Under the pieces are notes generated by a model. It ran no database searches, was not told where the DNA came from, and saw only the letters and a program-made list of their open reading frames with translations. Source: Chlamydiota bacterium (GTDB lineage: Bacteria; Chlamydiota; Chlamydiia; Chlamydiales; Simkaniaceae). Taken from it: a stretch of 12,398 bases of DNA. The stretch covers positions 1 to 12,398 of the forward strand of contig JAAKFF010000047.1 in assembly GCA_011065165.1 (NCBI GenBank), given 5' to 3'. Numbering within the stretch: the stretch's first letter is position 1; each line of letters begins with the position of its first letter. Shown here piece by piece: positions 1 to 7,520 of the stretch. A program made the position numbers and the translations under genes.

Positions 1-1
1 G

Positions 2-475
2 AAATATCTCCCAAAACTCAAAGAACTCACTACCATCCTAAAGACGTCTAGTACTGATAAAAAGGAGATTTATCAAGAACTTTATGGCATCTTTCTCCAG
101 TCGCATATGATCATGAATAAGATCTGTTCATGGAAGAGAGGAGTTCCTCTCAAATCTGCAGTGAATAGTATCTACAAAGAACTCCAAGTCTACTATAAGG
201 AGCAAAACATTACAGTGGATAAAAGCTTGATAAAAAATGAAGTGGAACAATTTAAACGCATAACGAAAGGAAAGAAGAATGCCAAAGTTCTTGAGTTCTT
301 CCGTCACCCTTTTCAAAGTCAAGTAGGGTGCAACAACCTAAATACCAATCCCCGTTTTGATATCTCCTCCCTAGAATGGTCTAAACAAAAACCCCCGGAA
401 ATTCGTGAAACGGGTATGTTCTCTTCAAACTCTGAGCGTCGCGCAGCTATTGAAGCCCTGGAAAGTAGAGTGTAA
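2..475 (+). CDS. Hypothetical protein, 5'-truncated. The reading frame is open from the first bases of the window, so it likely continues upstream.
   Basis: The frame starting at position 2 has no stop until 475. The ORF track's Met at 107 is internal. The product is basic and lysine-rich. I recognise no family. Confidence 0.4.
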   Translation, partial: KYLPKLKELTTILKTSSTDKKEIYQELYGIFLQSHMIMNKICSWKRGVPLKSAVNSIYKELQVYYKEQNITVDKSLIKNEVEQFKRITKGKKNAKVLEFFRHPFQSQVGCNNLNTNPRFDISSLEWSKQKPPEIRETGMFSSNSERRAAIEALESRV

Positions 476-888
476 TAGGTGTGTGACAATCAATGGCTCA
501 AAAACTTCCTAAAAGGTCTCATACCCTCGACTGCAACAAGAAGCTGTTGCAATGAGTTGTCTCTCACAGAAGAGACCATCCTTACAGTGGGATGAATCTA
601 GAGTCCTGAATAAAGTAGCGGGCTCGACAATGAAACAAAGGATAAATATCCGGCTTCTCTTTAAGAGCGGAGCTCATCCCTCTTCAGAGCTATAGATGAG
701 ACTCTTTGAACTATATAACAGGGATAGCTCCATCACAGAGAGCTTTTAACAAACAAGTTAGTATGTATTTATTACCCATTTGTCATAAATTGTAAAAACA
801 ACTATATAAAAATATAGGTTGGACAGGAAAGCTAGATCTTCTATATCCTTGTTGAACAGAAGAGAGCTAAGCAGGATGAAACAAGAAA

Positions 889-1113
889 ATGAGCGAAGTT
901 GGTAGAAATGATCCCTGCCCATGCGGATCAGGAAAAAAGTATAAGAAGTGTTGCGGATCAAGTAGTCCACCCAAGCAACGCAGCTTCTCTCCAGTAGAGG
1001 CTGAGCAGGGAAAACCCAGCATTCAAAGGATCACAGGTATGGTCTCCCAGATGCTGCGAAAAGGCGCTCCAGAAAGCCCCGATAAAAAAAACAGTGAAGA
1101 CTCTTCCTCTTAA
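889..1113 (+). CDS. Small SEC-C motif (SecA C-terminal-like metal-binding) domain protein.
   Basis: The N-terminus '[17 protein letters not shown]' is the classic SEC-C/YecA-type Cys-x-Cys...Cys-Cys zinc-binding motif. It is followed by a low-complexity Ser/Pro/Lys tail. The 74-aa stand-alone form is common in Chlamydiae-like genomes. The SD is weak. Confidence 0.55.
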   Translation: MSEVGRNDPCPCGSGKKYKKCCGSSSPPKQRSFSPVEAEQGKPSIQRITGMVSQMLRKGAPESPDKKNSEDSSS

Positions 1114-1146
1114 ACCATCAATTTGCTATAAATGCCCTCTAACTTC

Positions 1147-1219
1147 GCTGGAGTAGCTCAATTGGTAGAGCATCCGACTTGTAATCGGACGGTTGAGGGT
1201 TCGATTCCTTTCTCCAGCA
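1147..1219 (+). tRNA. tRNA-Thr, anticodon TGT.
   Basis: A manual cloverleaf fold works. Acceptor stem is gctggag/ctccagc with discriminator A. D-stem is gctc/gagc. Anticodon stem is tccga/tcgga with loop cTTGTAa. T-loop is ttcgatt. Length is 73 nt, with no encoded CCA. Confidence 0.85.
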
Positions 1220-1229
1220 TTCCCTATAT

Positions 1230-1311
1230 GGGGGTGTCGCATAGTGGCAATTGCAATGGACTGTAAATCCATCGACTTCGGTCTCCGCCAGTTCGAGTCT
1301 GGCTGCCCCCA
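1230..1311 (+). tRNA. tRNA-Tyr, anticodon GTA (class II, long variable arm).
   Basis: Acceptor is gggggtg/tgccccc with discriminator A. Anticodon stem is atgga/tccat with loop cTGTAaa. The long variable arm is cgacttcggtctcc. T-arm is gccag-ttcgagt-ctggc. Length is 82 nt. The 3' half is duplicated at 9391-9447. Confidence 0.85.
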
Positions 1312-1315
1312 TTTC
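1259..1315 (+). repeat. attL: a 57-bp direct repeat from the tRNA-Tyr anticodon loop to 4 nt past the 3' end.
   Basis: It is identical base for base to 9391-9447. Mismatches flank it immediately on both sides (g1258 vs a9390, c1316 vs g9448). Confidence 0.85.
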
Positions 1316-1372
1316 CTCTATGAAAAACCCATATTAAAATGTGCCAAAATTCTATCGCCTAAAAGTAGCTGA

Positions 1373-1389
1373 GGCACACTCATGGCACA
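1373..1389. promoter_or_regulatory. GGCACA-N5-GGCACA (TGTGCC-N5-TGTGCC on the other strand), a candidate arm-type integrase or RDF binding site near attL.
   Basis: 'ggcacactcatggcaca'. The 18-mer AGGCACACTCATGGCACA at 1372-1389 is identical to 9257-9274. A single extra TGTGCC lies at 1340-1345. Confidence 0.4.
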
Positions 1390-1404
1390 CAACCTAATGA
1401 TTAA

Positions 1405-1944
1405 CTATGACAATTCTTGGCTTGCAAAGCTTTCTTCGGTTTTTTTGAAAGAGTATTGTAGATTCATTAATCTTTGCTTCAGGATTCCAGCTCTGTAGGA
1501 GAAAGCCGTCAAGCTCAAAACAAACAACATAAAAACTGGGTTCCATAATGTGATTTTTAAGATGAGTAAGTCCGACTCATCTTCCAAAGTGAAAAATGAG
1601 TTTAAGTTCTTCGCCTGTAATATGAGGAGCAAAAAGGAAAAGGACAAGAAAAGCAAGTCTTTAGAAATGATAGAAAAGGCATGCTTTATATAGTCAAAAT
1701 CAGTGTATTCAAGAGATTTATCTAGGAATTTATTTATAAAAAATTTCAATGCTTGCAGTAGAATAAATCCAAAAAGCGCTCCGATTAGAGTGAAAAAATA
1801 GAAAATATCTATAGCGTTAAATAAAAGAACTAAACCAAAAGTCGCATAAGCCGAAAATAATAGCCGTTTGCCAAACATTTTTATTTGCTTCCAATTGGGC
1901 GCTTTAGACTTTAAAAGCTGAAGAACATCTCTTTTTACTTCCAT
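1405..1944 (-). CDS. Small integral membrane protein (about 4 predicted TM helices). It is a candidate membrane toxin partner of the upstream Panacea-domain antitoxin.
   Basis: The 179-aa product has four hydrophobic stretches: LLFSAYATFGLVLLFNAI, FYFFTLIGALFGFILLQAL, LLFLSFSFLLLIL and PVFMLFVLSLTAFSY. It starts 14 nt downstream of the antitoxin stop on the same strand, with no SD, which suggests coupling. No recognisable family. Confidence 0.5.
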   Translation of the reverse strand: MEVKRDVLQLLKSKAPNWKQIKMFGKRLLFSAYATFGLVLLFNAIDIFYFFTLIGALFGFILLQALKFFINKFLDKSLEYTDFDYIKHAFSIISKDLLFLSFSFLLLILQAKNLNSFFTLEDESDLLILKITLWNPVFMLFVLSLTAFSYRAGILKQRLMNLQYSFKKTEESFASQELS

Positions 1945-1958
1945 ATGTAGGATAATTC

Positions 1959-2864
1959 TTATAGTGCTTGCGATTCTTTTAGAATACGTAGATTTCTTGC
2001 AGATTCATAGCTAATAAACGATCCTTCTTCTGTTTTTTTGTAAGCTTCTTCTTCATGCGATGTTTTGAGGATTTTTTGTGGTCCGAAGGTTTGATATAGC
2101 TTTAATATAAATTCCAATGTCTCTTTTTCTCTATCTTCGAATAAAGTTGGGTCTGATGGAATTAGTACTTCGTATTTATGATTGTTTATTTTTTTAAGAC
2201 ATCCAGCTTTGACCAAGGCTTCATAAATGGGGCTATATTGATCAGGACAAGGACCAAGTTTTAGGGGTATATATCGAGCTCCAGTTAAGCTTACTCCATA
2301 TTTCTTAAAATGGTAAAAATCGATGTAAAAATGCAGTTTGTTCAGATAAAGAATGGATTCTTTAGTATGCTCAACAAGAAATAAGGCAACATTTTTAAAT
2401 AACTGTAAGTTAAACTTTATATTACCGCTGTATATACCTGGTTCATCTCGCTTCCAGTGAACGCTTAAGAAATTCATTTCAGCCGCAGCTTCGTCACATT
2501 TAAGGCGGATAAGTTCATCTTGACTTGCATCCTGTATATAATATGTTTCCCATCTCTTGATGCTGGCTTCCCCAGCACCCAAATAGCGAGCAAACGCTGA
2601 TTGAGACATCCCTAATTCTTCTCGGTAGGCAATAATTTGAGAAGATGTAAGGAGATTGTGGTTTTCTTTATATTTATCTGCCGAAGCGCGTCGTAAAACA
2701 CTCATTTGTTCCGTATTCATAAGTGGGGTTTGGCAGTTTTCACAAACCGTGCAAGGAACAATAACTTCAAGTGTTTCCCCTTTTATCTCAGGGGTGAAAC
2801 GGATCTTTTTTTCAATAAATTGAGTTTTATTGCATTTCAAGCATTTCATAATTTCTTCTTTCAC
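1959..2864 (-). CDS. MqsA-like antitoxin (N-terminal zinc ribbon plus XRE-type HTH) fused to a C-terminal Panacea/DUF4065-like domain.
   Basis: The N-terminus 'MKCLKCNK...(27 aa)...CTVCENC' aligns by eye with E. coli MqsA 'MKCPVCHQ...CVHCEES'. The HTH 'LTSSQIIAYREELGMSQSAFARYLGAGEASIKRWE' aligns with MqsA 'LSLTQKEASEIFGGGVNAFSRYEKGNAQP'. The C-terminal roughly 190 aa carries 'ILYLNKLHFYIDFYHFKKYG...ARYIPLKLGPCPDQY'. That matches the GepA/SocA Panacea pattern (LxKLLYYAd...f.Aw.yGPV...Y). Its ATG overlaps the stop of the upstream mqsR-like gene by 4 bp (ATGA). Confidence 0.7.
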   Translation of the reverse strand: MKEEIMKCLKCNKTQFIEKKIRFTPEIKGETLEVIVPCTVCENCQTPLMNTEQMSVLRRASADKYKENHNLLTSSQIIAYREELGMSQSAFARYLGAGEASIKRWETYYIQDASQDELIRLKCDEAAAEMNFLSVHWKRDEPGIYSGNIKFNLQLFKNVALFLVEHTKESILYLNKLHFYIDFYHFKKYGVSLTGARYIPLKLGPCPDQYSPIYEALVKAGCLKKINNHKYEVLIPSDPTLFEDREKETLEFILKLYQTFGPQKILKTSHEEEAYKKTEEGSFISYESARNLRILKESQAL

Positions 2865-3253
2865 TCTTTCGAATATTTACATTTATGTAATGATACATAG
2901 TAAAAAAGGCCACCTTTGATAGAGAACTTCAAATACATCTGCTGTCTAAGCTGGTAGCTATACCATGAAAAAGCCCATAAGTCGTGATTTTCAATTTTAG
3001 ACTCATAGCTCTTAAGCGGCGGATAAGCACCTTTATAATCTTCTGGGTGTAGTTCATTGATTAATTTCGAAATTAACTCCCATATTTCATCTGTTTGCCC
3101 TATTTCTAGGTTCATTAATTCTCCCACCACTTTATCGGGGTTGGCAAATGCTACCCGTCTATTTTCTAGAGCTTCCTTTGCTTCTTTTAGTCGCTTGTCG
3201 ATTTCTCTATAAGTAGGACGCTTCACTATTCTTCCTGTATCAAATGACACCAT
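2861..3253 (-). CDS. mqsR: MqsR-family toxin (mRNA interferase-like).
   Basis: An eye alignment to E. coli MqsR spans the whole protein. KRPTYR matches KRTPHTR, EDYKGA matches DFYKSM, HDLWAFSWY matches HTIWQDVY, QMYLKFSI matches QVYLKITV and YYVSLHKCK matches LIVSFKEK. The ORF track starts at a TTG (3256); the first ATG is at 3253. Gene order is toxin then antitoxin, as in mqsRA. Confidence 0.65.
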   Translation of the reverse strand: MVSFDTGRIVKRPTYREIDKRLKEAKEALENRRVAFANPDKVVGELMNLEIGQTDEIWELISKLINELHPEDYKGAYPPLKSYESKIENHDLWAFSWYSYQLRQQMYLKFSIKGGLFYYVSLHKCKYSKE

Positions 3254-3373
3254 CAAATGATACCAAAAACCAATATTTTAAGTCAATTTATGAAAATCAA
3301 TAATTTAAATTACTTATATTAAATATATTAAGTGCAAAAGGTTAGCTAATTCACATGCAAAAAAATATTTTAT

Positions 3374-3390
3374 TGTGCCTCAAATGTGCC
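3374..3390. promoter_or_regulatory. TGTGCC-N5-TGTGCC direct repeat upstream of the integrase promoter. It is a candidate integrase arm-type site or operator.
   Basis: 'tgtgcctcaaatgtgcc'. It has the same half-site and 11-bp register as the sites at 1373-1389 and 9258-9274, in the opposite orientation. It lies about 75 bp upstream of the -35. Confidence 0.35.
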
Positions 3391-3464
3391 TTTCCATTAT
3401 GTAAAGTGCATAATCAGCTTATATTAAGTATCTTGAAAAGAGTAATCGAAAGATTCATACTCTA

Positions 3465-3493
3465 TTGACTGATAAATCTCGTCTTTGTATGAT
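3465..3493 (+). promoter_or_regulatory. Sigma-70-type promoter of the integrase gene (TTGACT-N17-TATGAT).
   Basis: -35 TTGACT is at 3465-3470. -10 TATGAT is at 3488-3493. The spacer is exactly 17 bp. The ORF-track ATG at 3485 sits inside the -10 hexamer. Confidence 0.55.
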
Positions 3494-3517
3494 AGCCAAA
3501 AAATTCTGAGAAAACTC

Positions 3518-4585
3518 ATGGCCAATATACAAGAACGCAAATCGAAAGACGGAAAAACTACCTATAGAGTCCAGATTAGGCTAAAGGGATATCCTTCTCA
3601 AACAGCAACCTTTTCAAGAAAGACTGATGCAAGGAAGTGGGTGCAGCAGATTGAGAGCGCGATTCGAGAAGGACGTCATTTCAAAACAGCCGAGTCCAAA
3701 AAACATACCCTTGGGGACCTTATTGATAGGTACATTAAAACAGTAGTACCTGGAAAAAAGCAGTATGGAGTCACTCAAACAGCCCAACTTCTCTGGTGGA
3801 AGCAAGAGCTTGGGTCTTTTCTCTTGTCTGACATCACTCCAGCACTTATTGCGGAGAAAAGAGACAAACTTCTTCAGGGTTTCACCTATCGTAAGACTAA
3901 GAGGTCTCCATCGACTGTTGTTAGATACTTGGCGGCACTTTCGCATGCTTTTAGCGTGGCTGTTAGAGAATGGGGATGGATTGAAGATTCGCCGGTGAGA
4001 AAAGTCTCGAAGCCTTCGGAGCCTAGAGGACGAGTAAGATTTTTGAGCAGTGATGAGAGAGAAAGACTCTTAGATGTTTGTAAACAGAGTGCTCATCCTT
4101 ATTTGTTCACAGTTGTGGTTTTAGCAATTTCCTCTGGGATGCGTTACTCAGAAATTATGAAACTTACTTGGTCGGATGTCGATTTTGCTAAAAAGCGCAT
4201 CACGTTACATGAAACGAAGAATGGGGAAAGAAGGGTTGTCCCTGTTACAGGTTTTGCTTATGAGCTACTCAAAAAGCATGAAAAGAGTCGACGCATGGAT
4301 ACCTTGCTGCTATTTCCAGCACAAAAGGGACAAAACCCACAAAAGCCTGCTGTTTTGCGTTCTGCTTGGAATCGAGCGCTGGAGCAAGCAAATATTTATA
4401 ACTTTAGATTTCATGACCTAAGACATTCTTGTGCGAGTTATTTAGCAATGAATGGAGCTTCCATTGCAGAGATAGCTGAAGTTCTTGGCCACAAAACACT
4501 TCAAATGGTAAAACGGTATGCGCATCTTTCTGAAGCACATACCGCTTCGGTTATTGAAAGCATGAATAAGAAAATTTTTGGATGA
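3518..4585 (+). CDS. int: Tyrosine site-specific recombinase / P4-type phage integrase.
   Basis: The C-terminal catalytic signature 'HDLRHSCASYLAMNG...LGHKTLQMVKRYAHL' gives the R..HxxR..Y tyrosine recombinase motifs. The N-terminus 'KDGKTTYRVQIRLKG...FSRKTDARKW' resembles the P4-integrase arm-binding domain. The start is moved to the ATG at 3518 (MANIQ...) because ATG 3485 lies within the promoter -10. Confidence 0.9.
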   Translation: MANIQERKSKDGKTTYRVQIRLKGYPSQTATFSRKTDARKWVQQIESAIREGRHFKTAESKKHTLGDLIDRYIKTVVPGKKQYGVTQTAQLLWWKQELGSFLLSDITPALIAEKRDKLLQGFTYRKTKRSPSTVVRYLAALSHAFSVAVREWGWIEDSPVRKVSKPSEPRGRVRFLSSDERERLLDVCKQSAHPYLFTVVVLAISSGMRYSEIMKLTWSDVDFAKKRITLHETKNGERRVVPVTGFAYELLKKHEKSRRMDTLLLFPAQKGQNPQKPAVLRSAWNRALEQANIYNFRFHDLRHSCASYLAMNGASIAEIAEVLGHKTLQMVKRYAHLSEAHTASVIESMNKKIFG

Positions 4586-4588
4586 ATC

Positions 4589-5191
4589 ATGAATGATGAA
4601 AGGAAGAAAGCTAACCTGGAGCAGGAAAAGAGGAGAAACCCATTAAATCTTAAGTGGCTGAAAATAGATTATTTAACACCACCTCAAGCTACATTAATAT
4701 ACTATGGTATTGAACCTTCACGTGATGATTCAAGAAATATGCAAATTATTCAAGCCGTTGATTTCCTTGGAGTGCTTCAGGTTCTTACTGCCTCGGAGTT
4801 TATTTTGGTTCGATTAAATGCCATTAGATTTCCAGAGTTTGTAGCATGGCTGGAAGAAAAAGGGTTTGAGATTCCATCGCATCTAGAATCGATGGCAGAT
4901 ACTGCACGTTTGCAAATAAGAAAAGATGCCCCACTAAAAGGTGAGTTATTAGAGCTTGACACTAGGACGCTTAGGCCTGAGCAGAGATTTAAGTTTTTTT
5001 TACGTTGTTGGGCAGGAGACTATTGGAAGTTAGGTGGCAATATATCTGCAAGTGAGCTTGTAGAATGTAATAATGATTTTAAAAAGACTCGTAGCGATTG
5101 GGAAAACCGTACGAAGAAAAAATATGATGATGATACAATCAAAGGCTGGATTTCGGATATGAGTCCTAAGTCGAAAAAGAACGTATCCTAA
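4589..5191 (+). CDS. Hypothetical protein, tightly coupled to the integrase (3-nt gap).
   Basis: The 200-aa ORF starts 'ggatgaatcATG' directly after the int stop. It has a charged N-terminus and C-terminus. No family recognised. Confidence 0.45.
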   Translation: MNDERKKANLEQEKRRNPLNLKWLKIDYLTPPQATLIYYGIEPSRDDSRNMQIIQAVDFLGVLQVLTASEFILVRLNAIRFPEFVAWLEEKGFEIPSHLESMADTARLQIRKDAPLKGELLELDTRTLRPEQRFKFFLRCWAGDYWKLGGNISASELVECNNDFKKTRSDWENRTKKKYDDDTIKGWISDMSPKSKKNVS

Positions 5192-5429
5192 CGTTTGGTT
5201 TTTTTACCCTCTCGTTAAGTAACTTCATCCCCTTCATCGGTGGAAAATACCCCTCCGCACAACAAGGTATCCCCATCGATAGTATTAATCCTTAGCTCTC
5301 ATTCATAGAGACACCCCCCCTGTTTGGCGAGGAGGGGGTACTGTTATCTTCCAAATCTAGAATTAATTTCCATAATTCGTACTAATAAAGATTGTTCTTA
5401 ATTGAAACCCTAAACCCATGAGGTAAATT

Positions 5430-5660
5430 ATGGAAATAGTACAAAAAAACAAAACTGGACGGCTTTTGTCTGTAGCCCAGTTTGCAATAGAACACCCTGC
5501 TTTTAGCCAGCCAGCTTTGAGGCATCTAATATTTGATGCTGAAGCTAATGGCTTTTGGAAGGTAGTTAGGCGTATCGGAAAGAGAAAAATTTTGCTGGAT
5601 GAGCAAGCTTTTTTCGATTGGGTTAACGAGCAGAATAAAGGAGGTCAAAATGAGTCCTAG
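5430..5660 (+). CDS. AlpA/excisionase-family helix-turn-helix DNA-binding protein. It is a putative regulator or recombination directionality factor.
   Basis: The 76-aa product has 'LLSVAQFAIEHPAFSQPALRHLIFDAEANGFWKVVRRIGKRKILLDEQAFFDWV'. This fits the Xis/AlpA MerR-like wing-HTH pattern (..LS..e.a...gvs..t.yrl...g.fP..ik.G.r.rw...e...Wl). An SD 'gagg' lies 9 nt upstream. Confidence 0.55.
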   Translation: MEIVQKNKTGRLLSVAQFAIEHPAFSQPALRHLIFDAEANGFWKVVRRIGKRKILLDEQAFFDWVNEQNKGGQNES

Positions 5661-6000
5661 AGATATGAGATTGTTAAGAAGTTTGGTCGAAGAGGAAAGG
5701 GTATTTGTACGTGACCTTCGCTCTCGAATTGGGTCTTTAAACCCTGCACAGAATGCACTGTCTTTAAGAAACCAGGAGTGGAGGATTCAAACCGACTATA
5801 TAGGTATTCATGATAGGGACGGAGTCCTCTGTCGACCTGGCTATTACTGGATGGAAGAGAGTGAAAGGGAAAGAGCTCGAATCTTTCTTGAAAAGGCTGA
5901 AAGAGCGGCTGCAACCGCTCCATCAGCAAAACTAGATATTTCAGCTCGCGAAAGCAATAAAACATCTAATTCGAAAGATACCATAGGAGGAAAAGGATGA
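5650..6000 (+). CDS. Hypothetical protein.
   Basis: The ATG at 5650 is preceded by a strong SD 'aaaggaggtcaaaATG'. It overlaps the stop of the previous gene. The ORF track's 5599 start is rejected in favour of this SD-supported start. The product is Arg/Glu-rich and has no recognised domain. Confidence 0.5.
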   Translation: MSPRDMRLLRSLVEEERVFVRDLRSRIGSLNPAQNALSLRNQEWRIQTDYIGIHDRDGVLCRPGYYWMEESERERARIFLEKAERAAATAPSAKLDISARESNKTSNSKDTIGGKG

Positions 6001-7451
6001 ACAGCTTTTCTTCCAATCAAGCCCCCATTCCTTTGGGGGCTGCTTCTATTCCTAAGTGGCCTCAAGATATTTTCCCTGATGAGCTTCAGTCTTTTTTAAA
6101 TGAATTGTCAGCGTCAACGGAAACACCTTTGGAGTTAGCGGCACTTTCTTGTTTTTCAATCCTTGCAACAGCGGCACAAGGAAAATTTTGCGTCCAAATC
6201 GATGCGGGGTACTCTGAGCCGGTCAATATCTGGACGTCTGTTGCACTTCCTTCAGGGAGTCGCAAAACGAGTGTATTCAATGCATTGATGGAGCCCTTGA
6301 TTAGCTGGGAGCGGCAAAAGAAGGAGGAATTAGGGCCTAAGGTAGTTCAGGCTCAATCTGAAAAGAGAACTATGGAGGCAAGGATTAAGGAGTTGCGGCG
6401 CCAGGCTGCATCAGCTAAGTGCGATGAATTTAAAACGCTGAGCCAAGAAATAACTCTTCTGGAATCATCCATGGAAGAGGGAATTATTATTCCACATCTA
6501 TGGACTGCTGACGTGACAGCTGAAACTTTGGCTGTTCTTATGACTGAAAATAAAGAAAGGATGGCAATTTTATCTGATGAAGCAGGAATTTTTGACATTA
6601 TAGGAGGGAGATATTCAAATGGAATTCCAAATTTAGATATTTTTTTGCAAGGGCATGCCTGTAGCCCTTCTCGGGTAAACCGGAAAGGCAAGCCTCCTAT
6701 TTTTCTAGAGAAAGCAACATTATCCGTTGGATTAGTGCCACAACCTGATGTTTTGCAAGGGTTGACAAAGAATCCTCTTTTTCGAGGGAGGGGCTTGCTT
6801 GCTCGATTCTTGTATGCCATGCCTATTTCGAATTTAGGAAATCGCACTTTAGATACTACTCCCATGTCATCATCTTCTTGTGCTAGGTATGAGCAAATCA
6901 TCCATTCCATCCTTGATATTGATGGGAGTAATAAGGTCATTAGCCTTTCTCCTGAGGCATATTCAGAGTGGCATGTATATGCAGTAGCGATTGAGATTCA
7001 AATGAGCGAAGGGGGGCCTCTATGCTTTATGCGGGACTGGGCTTCGAAATTACCTGGGGCCATAGCCAGGTTAGCTGGGTTGCTGCATATTTGTCGTCAC
7101 TCATGTGGAGAGCCGGAACTGGTCGCTGTTAGCATAGTGGATATAAAAGCAGCAATTCGCCTTGGGCATTGCTTAATTGAACATGCAAAGATAGCTTTTG
7201 ATTCTATGGGTGCAGACCCAGCTTTAGATGGAGCAAGGGTAGTCTTAGGATGGATTAAAAGGACCCAACCAGAGCGATTTACCTTCCGTGACTGCCACTA
7301 TGCCCTCAAAAGTCGATTTAAGCGTGCGAAGGACCTTGCTCCATCTATAGAGGTCTTGAAAGAGAGAAATCATATCTTTGAAAAAGATGAGGAAAATAAG
7401 AAGCCCTGCCGTCCCAGTAGAGTTTTTCTGCCAAACCTTATGATTTATTAA
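5997..7451 (+). CDS. DUF3987 (YfjI-like) protein typical of AlpA/P4-integrase islands.
   Basis: The N-terminal region 'FPDELQSFLNELSASTETPLELAALSCFSILATAAQGKF...SEPVNIWTSVALPSGSRKTSVFNALMEPL' matches the recalled DUF3987 pattern (FP..L...v..vae..q.P..LAa...L.a.aaa.qg...EP.NLyt.vvappGeRKS.v). It has a degenerate Walker-A-like 'PSGSRKTS'. Its start ATGA overlaps the previous stop. Confidence 0.65.
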   Translation: MNSFSSNQAPIPLGAASIPKWPQDIFPDELQSFLNELSASTETPLELAALSCFSILATAAQGKFCVQIDAGYSEPVNIWTSVALPSGSRKTSVFNALMEPLISWERQKKEELGPKVVQAQSEKRTMEARIKELRRQAASAKCDEFKTLSQEITLLESSMEEGIIIPHLWTADVTAETLAVLMTENKERMAILSDEAGIFDIIGGRYSNGIPNLDIFLQGHACSPSRVNRKGKPPIFLEKATLSVGLVPQPDVLQGLTKNPLFRGRGLLARFLYAMPISNLGNRTLDTTPMSSSSCARYEQIIHSILDIDGSNKVISLSPEAYSEWHVYAVAIEIQMSEGGPLCFMRDWASKLPGAIARLAGLLHICRHSCGEPELVAVSIVDIKAAIRLGHCLIEHAKIAFDSMGADPALDGARVVLGWIKRTQPERFTFRDCHYALKSRFKRAKDLAPSIEVLKERNHIFEKDEENKKPCRPSRVFLPNLMIY

Positions 7452-7520
7452 GGGTATGGATGAGGTTTTGTGGCTTTTGTCCCTTTTGTTCTAAATATCA
7501 ACCAAAATCGAGAAGATAAT

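Noticed and set aside
476-888. tmRNA, RNase P, SRP or 6S RNA in the long intergenic region.
   Set aside because: No conserved signature is present. There is no tRNA-like acceptor/T-arm, no GGAAAGTCCGGGCTCC-type P4 helix, and no SRP domain IV motif. It is kept only as a generic sRNA candidate.
889-1113. SecA gene fragment.
   Set aside because: Only the roughly 20-aa SEC-C zinc motif is present, at the N-terminus of a 74-aa stand-alone protein. There are no ATPase motifs. It is a small SEC-C-domain protein, not secA.
3485-3517. ORF-track start of the integrase at ATG 3485 (MYDSQKILRKL...).
   Set aside because: This ATG lies inside the -10 hexamer (TATGAT) of a near-consensus promoter. The downstream ATG at 3518 is the plausible start.
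5311-5340. CCCCC-N13-GGGGG hairpin as a terminator of the 4589-5191 gene.
   Set aside because: No T-tract follows it, and it lies about 120 bp past the stop. A weak AACG/CGTT stem plus T7 run sits right at the stop (5188-5208). It is too short to call with confidence.
6353-6940. 195-aa ORF on the minus strand.
   Set aside because: It lies entirely antisense within the DUF3987 gene, which has strong family-level sequence features. It is a shadow ORF in a GC-richer segment.
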